IMG/VR virus record: IMGVR_UViG_2565956611_000004
Coordinates: 1-5,191 of that record
Length of the DNA stretch: 5,191 bases
Origin: a virus
Taxonomy: Duplodnaviria; Heunggongvirae; Uroviricota; Caudoviricetes
Strand: one strand, 5' to 3'
Part shown: positions 1-4,880 of the stretch, in pieces
How positions within the stretch are numbered: position 1 is the first letter of the stretch
Layout of the letters: every line of letters begins with the position of its first letter
Translations under genes and position numbers: made by a program
Notes under the pieces: model-generated
Told to the model about the DNA's origin: nothing
Database searches by the model: none
What the model saw: the letters and a program-made list of their open reading frames with translations, nothing else

Positions 1-46
1 AGGTTGCTCCGGGCTATGAAATAGAAAAATGAATCCGTTGAAGCCT
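1..46. other. Host chromosomal flank (attB B-arm side) adjoining the prophage attL
   Basis: The sequence left of the core (aatccgttgaagcctg) matches what I recall of the E. coli attB flank, not the lambda attP P arm. No ORF is assigned here. Confidence 0.55.
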
Positions 47-61
47 GCTTTTTTATACTAA
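47..61. other. attL: attL common core / overlap region (GCTTTTTTATACTAA) of a lambda-type site-specific recombination site
   Basis: Exact 15-bp lambda att core, with the P' arm sequence to its right and non-phage sequence to its left. Confidence 0.85.
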
Positions 62-85
62 GTTGGCATTATAAAAAAGCATTGC

Positions 86-98
86 TTATCAATTTGTT
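86..98. promoter_or_regulatory. IHF binding site (H' of the att P' arm)
   Basis: TATCAATTTGTTG fits the IHF consensus WATCAANNNNTTR and sits at the expected position between the core and the arm-type Int sites. Confidence 0.6.
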
Positions 99-106
99 GC
101 AACGAA

Positions 107-137
107 CAGGTCACTATCAGTCAAAATAAAATCATTA
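107..137. promoter_or_regulatory. Int arm-type binding sites P'1-P'3 of the P' arm
   Basis: Tandem arm-type-like repeats caggtcactat / cagtcaaaat / aaaatcatta directly abut the int stop codon (TAA at 135-137 on the minus strand). Confidence 0.6.
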
Positions 138-1205
138 TTTGATTTCAATTTTGTCCCACTCCCTGCCTCTGTCATCACGATACTGTGATGCCATGGTGTC
201 CGACTTATGCCCGAGAAGATGTTGAGCAAACTTATCGCTTATCTGCTTCTCATAGAGTCTTGCAGACAAACTGCGCAACTCGTGAAAGGTAGGCGGATCC
301 CCTTCGAAGGAAAGACCTGATGCTTTTCGTGCGCGCATAAAATACCTTGATACTGTGCCGGATGAAAGCGGTTCGCGACGAGTAGATGCAATTATGGTTT
401 CTCCGCCAAGAATCTCTTTGCATTTATCAAGTGTTTCCTTCATTGATATTCCGAGAGCATCAACATGCAATGCTGTTGGGATGGCAATTTTTACGCCTGT
501 TTTGCTTTGCTCGACATAAAGATATCCATCTACGATATCAGACCACTTCATTTCGCATAAATCACCAACTCGTTGCCCGGTAACAACAGCCAGTTCCATT
601 GCAAGTCTGAGCCAACATGGTGATGATTCTGCTGCTTGATAAATTTTCAGGTATTCGTCAGCCGTAAGTCTTGATCTCCTTACCTCTGATTTTGCTGCGC
701 GAGTGGCAGCGACAGGGTTTGTTGTTATATGGCCTTCAGCTATTGCCTCTCGGAATGCATCGCTCAGTGTTGATCTGATTAACTTGGCTGACGCCGCCTT
801 GCCCTCGTCTATGTATCCATTGAGCATTGCCGCAATTTCTTTTGTGGTGATGTCTTCAAGTGGAGCATCAGGCAGACCCCTCCTTATTGCTTTAATTTTG
901 CTCATGTAATTTATGAGTGTCTTCTGCTTGATTCCTCTGCTGGCCAGGATTTTTTCGTAGCGATCAAGCCATGAATGTAACGTAACGGAATTATCACTGT
1001 TGATTCTCGCTGTCAGAGGCTTGTGTTTGTGTCCTGAAAATAACTCAATGTTGGCCTGTATGGCTTCAGTGATTGCGATTCGCCTGTCTCTGCCTAATCC
1101 AAACTCTTTACCCGTCCTTGGGTCCCTGTAGCAGTAATATCCATTGTTTCTTATATAAAGGTTAGGGGGTAAATCCCGGCGCTCATGACTTCGCCTTCTT
1201 CCCAT
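135..1205 (-). CDS. int: Lambda-type integrase (tyrosine recombinase), 356 aa
   Basis: The translation matches lambda Int as I recall it, with the catalytic residues in place (R212, K235, H308, R311, H333, Y342). It ends next to the att P' arm. Confidence 0.97.
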   Translation of the reverse strand: MGRRRSHERRDLPPNLYIRNNGYYCYRDPRTGKEFGLGRDRRIAITEAIQANIELFSGHKHKPLTARINSDNSVTLHSWLDRYEKILASRGIKQKTLINYMSKIKAIRRGLPDAPLEDITTKEIAAMLNGYIDEGKAASAKLIRSTLSDAFREAIAEGHITTNPVAATRAAKSEVRRSRLTADEYLKIYQAAESSPCWLRLAMELAVVTGQRVGDLCEMKWSDIVDGYLYVEQSKTGVKIAIPTALHVDALGISMKETLDKCKEILGGETIIASTRREPLSSGTVSRYFMRARKASGLSFEGDPPTFHELRSLSARLYEKQISDKFAQHLLGHKSDTMASQYRDDRGREWDKIEIK

Positions 1206-1401
1206 TTCTGATCCTCTTCAAAAGGCTACCTGTTACTGGTCGATTTAAGTCAACCTTTACCGCTGATTCGTGGAACAGATACTCTCTTCCATCCTTAACC
1301 GGAGGAGGGAATATCCTGCACTCGCGTACCCATCGACGAACTGTTTCAAGGCTTCTTGGGCGTCGCTGGCGTGCGTTCCACTCCTGAAGTGTCAAGTACA
1401 T
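1183..1401 (-). CDS. xis: Lambda-type excisionase, 72 aa
   Basis: The translation MYLTLQEWNARQRRPRSLETVRRWVRECRIF... matches lambda Xis as recalled. The 3' end overlaps the int start by 23 nt, as in lambda. Confidence 0.95.
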   Translation of the reverse strand: MYLTLQEWNARQRRPRSLETVRRWVRECRIFPPPVKDGREYLFHESAVKVDLNRPVTGSLLKRIRNGKKAKS

Positions 1402-1413
1402 CGCAAAGTCTCC

Positions 1414-1427
1414 GCAATTACACGCAA
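1414..1427 (-). promoter_or_regulatory. cII-binding direct repeat TTGC-N6-TTGC of the pI promoter (-35 region), just upstream of the xis start
   Basis: The minus strand reads TTGCGTGTAATTGC 13 nt upstream of the xis ATG. In lambda the pI promoter is cII-activated and its transcript begins inside xis. Confidence 0.6.
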
Positions 1428-1450
1428 GAAAAAACCGCCATCAGGCGGCT
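1426..1450 (-). terminator. Putative intrinsic terminator-like hairpin on the leftward transcript, just upstream of the pI cII site
   Basis: The minus strand reads GCCGCC-TGAT-GGCGG followed by TTTTTTCTT (a GC stem plus T-tract). I recall the same element at this position in lambda. Confidence 0.5.
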
Positions 1451-1514
1451 TGGTGTTCTTTCAGTTCTTCAATTCGAATATTGGTTACATTGTTTTCATA
1501 TATGAATAAATAAA

Positions 1515-1694
1515 TTAGCTTTTTCCGTTGCCTTCGCGATCTTTATTAATTTTGACAAACTCGTTTTTACCACGCTCTCCAAATGCGTCTTTAGAGTCGT
1601 TGTATCCGCAATCGCAGCACACATAATCACCAGACCATCCACGCATTGTTTTTTCTTTTGCAATATTTCCAGAACCGCATTTTGGACAAGACAT
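1515..1694 (-). CDS. Small zinc-ribbon protein (about 59 aa; CPKC-x17-CCDC)
   Basis: The ORF track entry 1515..1727 begins at a TTG. An internal ATG at 1694 has a GGAGGT Shine-Dalgarno 6 nt upstream, giving MSCPKCGSGN... Two CxxC pairs are spaced as in a zinc ribbon. Confidence 0.6.
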   Translation of the reverse strand: MSCPKCGSGNIAKEKTMRGWSGDYVCCDCGYNDSKDAFGERGKNEFVKINKDREGNGKS

Positions 1695-1790
1695 ATCACT
1701 ACCTCCAAAGCATGAGTGAGATGACAACGTAACATTGATTGGAGATTAACAATAGATTGCTGATGTAAAAGATATGTATAAGCTTCGCTT

Positions 1791-2672
1791 TCAAAGTGGA
1801 GGCTCTGGTAGCGGCATCCAGTGTGACGGCTCACATACCCCCTCAACACCATTCATGTAAAAGAATTGAAATAACCCTTTACCTTTGTGAAACCCTACCA
1901 TCTGCTCTTTAGTGTCTGAGCAATAAACCAAAACATCTTCTTCGTTTGGCATTCGATCACTACAGCTTATCCAACCATCCGGAGTTACCGGAGAGTTGCC
2001 AGCTAGTCTACGCAAAACAGCCTTAACAGCCTCAATACGGTCATCATCGCAACTTTCCAGCGTATCTATGCGATCGAGCATGATGATGGCGTTATCAATA
2101 TCAGGATTGCCGGTCCACTCATTACCGCGATTGGATTCGGCAGCCTGGTTGCCAGATGCTGGCTGATTGTCGGCTTGGCTATAGCTAACAGCACGGCAGG
2201 CATCCTCTACGTTCTTCACTGCATCTGCGCAGTAGTTATAGCGATTGCATTCCACTAACTTCTGCTTGAGATTTTCAATTGCTTGCGCGACATCAGCCTG
2301 TATTGGCGGAACGGCTGTTTGCTCTCGAACGTCATTAGTCGCTATCGGTTCTGCTGCCAACTGACTGGCATATTTGTTAATGGTAACGATAAGCTCTTGC
2401 TCGGCCTCATCCAGACAATCACCGATACCTCGCCTGTCACCGTCAAAATCATCGAAATCGGCACGAATCCTGGCAACCTCCCGGATTGCGGACAACACTT
2501 CACCAGGAATAAGCGGAGAGTTGCCCGATAGTACATTCTGCTCCAGCGATGCCAGAGCAATTCGTGCCAGTTCTTCCGCTTCTTCTGCTGGCAGTACAAC
2601 GTTGCTACCAGGTCCGTATGTTTCGCGCCACTGCTTGATTGTCAGTAGTCGCTCTTTGGTTATAGTGGTCAT
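1791..2672 (-). CDS. Ea22-like early-region protein with a DUF551-like C-terminal domain, 293 aa
   Basis: The C-terminus (...WISCSDRMPNEEDVLVY...EPSHWMPLPEPPL) resembles the DUF551 signature found at the ends of Ea22-like prophage proteins. Its start overlaps the upstream stop (ATGA). Confidence 0.8.
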   Translation of the reverse strand: MTTITKERLLTIKQWRETYGPGSNVVLPAEEAEELARIALASLEQNVLSGNSPLIPGEVLSAIREVARIRADFDDFDGDRRGIGDCLDEAEQELIVTINKYASQLAAEPIATNDVREQTAVPPIQADVAQAIENLKQKLVECNRYNYCADAVKNVEDACRAVSYSQADNQPASGNQAAESNRGNEWTGNPDIDNAIIMLDRIDTLESCDDDRIEAVKAVLRRLAGNSPVTPDGWISCSDRMPNEEDVLVYCSDTKEQMVGFHKGKGLFQFFYMNGVEGVCEPSHWMPLPEPPL

Positions 2673-2878
2673 TTGTTAACCCTCAAAACTTTATGCCCGG
2701 GCGCAAAAGCACGCGTTTTGTCTTTGCTTATTCGCCAGCCATCCTTGCGCGCCTCTTTTGCACAGCCAGCCCATGACGTACCTATATACTCACCGAAGTC
2801 TGGCACTGGATATACACCTTCCGTGCACTGACGGCAGTCACAATAGAGATGCATTGTGTAACTTGCGGCAATAGCCAT
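2669..2878 (-). CDS. Small Cys/His-rich hypothetical protein, 69 aa (possible metal-binding)
   Basis: Strong Shine-Dalgarno (AAGGAGG, 5-nt spacer) before the ATG at 2878. It contains H10, C13, C15, C18 and C39, and is translationally coupled to both neighbours. Confidence 0.65.
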   Translation of the reverse strand: MAIAASYTMHLYCDCRQCTEGVYPVPDFGEYIGTSWAGCAKEARKDGWRISKDKTRAFAPGHKVLRVNK

Positions 2879-2879
2879 A

Positions 2880-3344
2880 TCACCCTCCTTTACCCTGAAG
2901 CATGGCGTCGCTCCGCTCTATACCATCCAGCGCGATTCGCAGTGCCTGAATTGTGGTAGTGCTATCGTTTGGGGCTATTCCATATCGCTCGAATACAGCT
3001 AAATGGTTGCGCATAATCTCAGGCGTAAGCTCTTTGTAAGCATAAGCAAGAGGCTCTGATGCATTATCCGGCACAACCGACGCAGGCGCGGCAGCATAAA
3101 CAGGAATAACGTCCGCTTGCTCTTTATTGCTTTCATCCGTTAAAGCCCAGAATAATTTCCCGGCCGGATGTTTGAAAATATAAGCAACTGGTTCTGCACT
3201 ATCAGCTTCGCGCCGCTTCTGTAGCTCTGCTGCCATTGCTCTCACGACTTCAACTGGTGCCCTTGCGGCAAACTCTATGTTGGTGATCAGCTCATTAAGA
3301 TATTGCTCGCTGGGATACTGTTTCTTATTGGTAATAGTGGTCAT
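2880..3344 (-). CDS. Hypothetical protein, 154 aa
   Basis: Shine-Dalgarno GAAGGA upstream; its ATG overlaps the upstream stop (ATGA at 3341-3344). No motif recognised. Confidence 0.7.
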   Translation of the reverse strand: MTTITNKKQYPSEQYLNELITNIEFAARAPVEVVRAMAAELQKRREADSAEPVAYIFKHPAGKLFWALTDESNKEQADVIPVYAAAPASVVPDNASEPLAYAYKELTPEIMRNHLAVFERYGIAPNDSTTTIQALRIALDGIERSDAMLQGKGG

Positions 3345-3856
3345 GCCGCGTTTCCTTCTTTCTTATTAACAATTACACCGTCATATATTTCATTAAGGTG
3401 CCCTCTCAACTCCATGCGCCTTAATGCAGATAACATGTAATCGCATTCAACCTGCTTATTTCCAGTAAATGGCTTATCGTCAGGATTACCCCAACAGCAA
3501 TTACCCTTGGGCCACCCATGTACTTTCCGTACTCTTCCGTTAACAACGTGAAGTAATCCCCAGCCAGGTGGTAAATCCTCAATTGAAATAATTCCCGGCT
3601 CACTAATAAAGAATCGCCAGTCGCCCATTCCAAGAGACGGATTTTTACGAAAACGCTTTTTTCTATCTGCCAACAAGTCAGCACGAGAACACTTCGCCTC
3701 TATCAGGCATGATGCTGAATTTCTGAATCCCATAGCATCTGGCTGTTCTCCGGTACTGGTTACAGCTATAAAGCGGTCATGAAAACAAACCTTGAACCCG
3801 TTGCGCTTAAGGAACTTGTACGCAATCTGACAGAGTTCGCGGTGTGTTAACGCCAT
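3341..3856 (-). CDS. Putative PD-(D/E)xK superfamily nuclease (Hjc/VRR-NUC-like arrangement), 171 aa
   Basis: Start refined to the ATG at 3856, which has an AAGGAG Shine-Dalgarno with a 6-nt spacer. The track's 195-aa form begins at an upstream GTG inside the preceding gene. Motif reading: E7 ... GEQPD40AMGF ... CLIE53AK55, i.e. E / PD / ExK with nuclease-like spacing. Confidence 0.6.
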   Translation of the reverse strand: MALTHRELCQIAYKFLKRNGFKVCFHDRFIAVTSTGEQPDAMGFRNSASCLIEAKCSRADLLADRKKRFRKNPSLGMGDWRFFISEPGIISIEDLPPGWGLLHVVNGRVRKVHGWPKGNCCWGNPDDKPFTGNKQVECDYMLSALRRMELRGHLNEIYDGVIVNKKEGNAA

Positions 3857-3857
3857 A

Positions 3858-4046
3858 TCACTCTCCTTTAGTGCGCAAGTGGTTTTTCCAGCGGTTTTGC
3901 GCCGCGCTGGGCTTTTTGCAAAAACCACAATCCATCATCCCGTAATATTTCATCAACCCCATCCGTCGGTTGCTGAGTCTCACCCACTGCCAGACGCCAG
4001 GAGCGTTTCTACGAACTAACAGAATCTTTGCTTTACGGTTTTTCAT
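3858..4046 (-). CDS. Small basic protein, 62 aa (paralog A; MKNRKAK... N-terminus)
   Basis: Its ATG overlaps the stop of the upstream paralog (ATGA), and its own stop lies 1 nt before the nuclease-like gene's ATG. Lys/Arg-rich. Confidence 0.6.
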   Translation of the reverse strand: MKNRKAKILLVRRNAPGVWQWVRLSNRRMGLMKYYGMMDCGFCKKPSAAQNRWKNHLRTKGE

Positions 4047-4047
4047 C
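4027..4047. repeat. Direct repeat copy 1 (tttgctttacggtttttcatc), covering the start of the 62-aa ORF
   Basis: 20 of 21 nt identical to 4200-4220. Confidence 0.8.
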
Positions 4048-4219
4048 TTACAGCGTACCCTTTCTTCCGCCTGTTCTGTGACGCAGTAGGCTTACGCTTT
4101 GCGGCAAAAGCCACCTGACCAAATGGATGGAGTACCGCTATCTTATGGTTGCTAATAACCAGCTCCACCACACGCACAGGTCGCTGTAAAAAAAGTCGTT
4201 TTGCCTTACGGTTTTTCAT
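4043..4219 (-). CDS. Small basic protein, 58 aa (paralog B; MKNRKAKRLFLQRPVRVVELVISNHKIAVLHPFGQVAFAAKRKPTASQNRRKKGYAVR)
   Basis: Not in the supplied ORF track; found by manual translation. AGGAGAG Shine-Dalgarno about 8 nt upstream. It shares the N-terminal MKNRKAK and the C-terminal K(K/R)KP(S/T)A(A/S)QNR motif with the 62-aa ORF. Confidence 0.5.
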   Translation of the reverse strand: MKNRKAKRLFLQRPVRVVELVISNHKIAVLHPFGQVAFAAKRKPTASQNRRKKGYAVR

Positions 4220-4220
4220 C
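4200..4220. repeat. Direct repeat copy 2 (tttgccttacggtttttcatc), covering the start of the 58-aa ORF
   Basis: 20 of 21 nt identical to 4027-4047. Confidence 0.8.
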
Positions 4221-4391
4221 GCTTTGCTCTCCTGCGTCTCTTTGCTGCTCGTCGTGCCGCTGCAATACCGGTATGGCGGCGCTTTGGTGCCGGGATGATG
4301 TTGTCAGCCATCAGGACATGTGGCTTTGCAATTAGCGCAGAAGCCCAAAAACGAGTCGGGTACGGTAACAAGCCGATACATGCCACACGCA

Positions 4392-4880
4392 CTACTCACC
4401 TCCGTTGATGCGAATGCCTGTTGCAATGCTGTTTATGATGCTGTCAGTGCATGGGGTAGAAAGCTGGGCATCTCCAGCAATTTTCATGACATCAACATCT
4501 GCATATCGAATACCGAGGTGTATCAGACCGGCTATACCTGACTTAAGCCGAGCATTTTCCATAAACAGATCCTTTGCCCGCTGTTTTTCTGCCTCAAGCT
4601 CAACGCGCAACTTCCCTACCGTTAGCGCAATATCCTCGTTCTCCTGGTCGCGGGATTTGATGTATTGCTGGTTCCTTTCCCGTTCATCCAGTAGTGCCAG
4701 CACGGTTTCTGGTCCGGCCAGAAATTTGAAGGCGTTGAGCGCATCAATATCCACACCGTAATCTTTAAGTTCCTGTTCACTTAACAAATCATCATCAGCT
4801 GGCAACATTAACAGGCGTTCCATTGCTGGAATTGCACGTTCCGCCGCCTCACGCAGTGCCTGGTAATTAATTTCGCTCAC
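4392..4880 (-). CDS. Ea22-like protein, 162 aa (lambda Ea22 homolog with a divergent central region)
   Basis: GTG start with a strong Shine-Dalgarno (AAGGAGG, 6-nt spacer). N-terminus MSEINYQALREAAE..., the block LLDERERNQQYIKSRDQENEDIALTVGKLRVELE, and the C-terminal ...GIRINGGE resemble lambda Ea22 as I recall it. Confidence 0.85.
   Translation of the reverse strand: MSEINYQALREAAERAIPAMERLLMLPADDDLLSEQELKDYGVDIDALNAFKFLAGPETVLALLDERERNQQYIKSRDQENEDIALTVGKLRVELEAEKQRAKDLFMENARLKSGIAGLIHLGIRYADVDVMKIAGDAQLSTPCTDSIINSIATGIRINGGE

Noticed and set aside
386-583. 65-aa plus-strand ORF
   Set aside because: Antisense and entirely inside the well-supported int gene; no Shine-Dalgarno; a typical shadow ORF.
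703-909. 68-aa plus-strand ORF
   Set aside because: Antisense inside int; shadow ORF.
1270-1509. 79-aa plus-strand ORF with a GTG start
   Set aside because: Antisense to xis and the pI/hairpin region; no ribosome-binding site.
1496-1852. 118-aa minus-strand ORF
   Set aside because: It overlaps the zinc-ribbon frame and the 3' end of the 293-aa gene, and has no recognisable motif or Shine-Dalgarno. The zinc-ribbon frame is preferred, though only comparative analysis could settle it.
2283-2679. Three overlapping ORFs (82 aa plus, 85 aa minus, 101 aa plus) inside the 293-aa gene
   Set aside because: Alternative-frame or antisense ORFs nested in a longer, coupled gene with a recognisable C-terminal domain.
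3421-3684. 87-aa minus-strand ORF
   Set aside because: Out-of-frame ORF nested inside the nuclease-like gene.
3857-3928. N-terminal 24-codon extension of the nuclease-like ORF (GTG start at 3928, giving 195 aa)
   Set aside because: The extension lies wholly within the 62-aa gene in another frame and lacks a Shine-Dalgarno, whereas the ATG at 3856 has a canonical AAGGAG with a 6-nt spacer.
4048-4189. 8-bp inverted repeat (ttacagcg / cgctgtaa) that could suggest a miniature inverted-repeat element around the 58-aa ORF
   Set aside because: Only 8 bp, with no extension and no flanking target-site duplication pattern; compatible with chance. The 21-nt direct repeats are better explained as gene duplication.
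4320-4761. Plus-strand ORFs of 73 and 118 aa
   Set aside because: Antisense to the Ea22-like gene and the gap; low-complexity Ser/Ala-rich translations typical of shadow frames.
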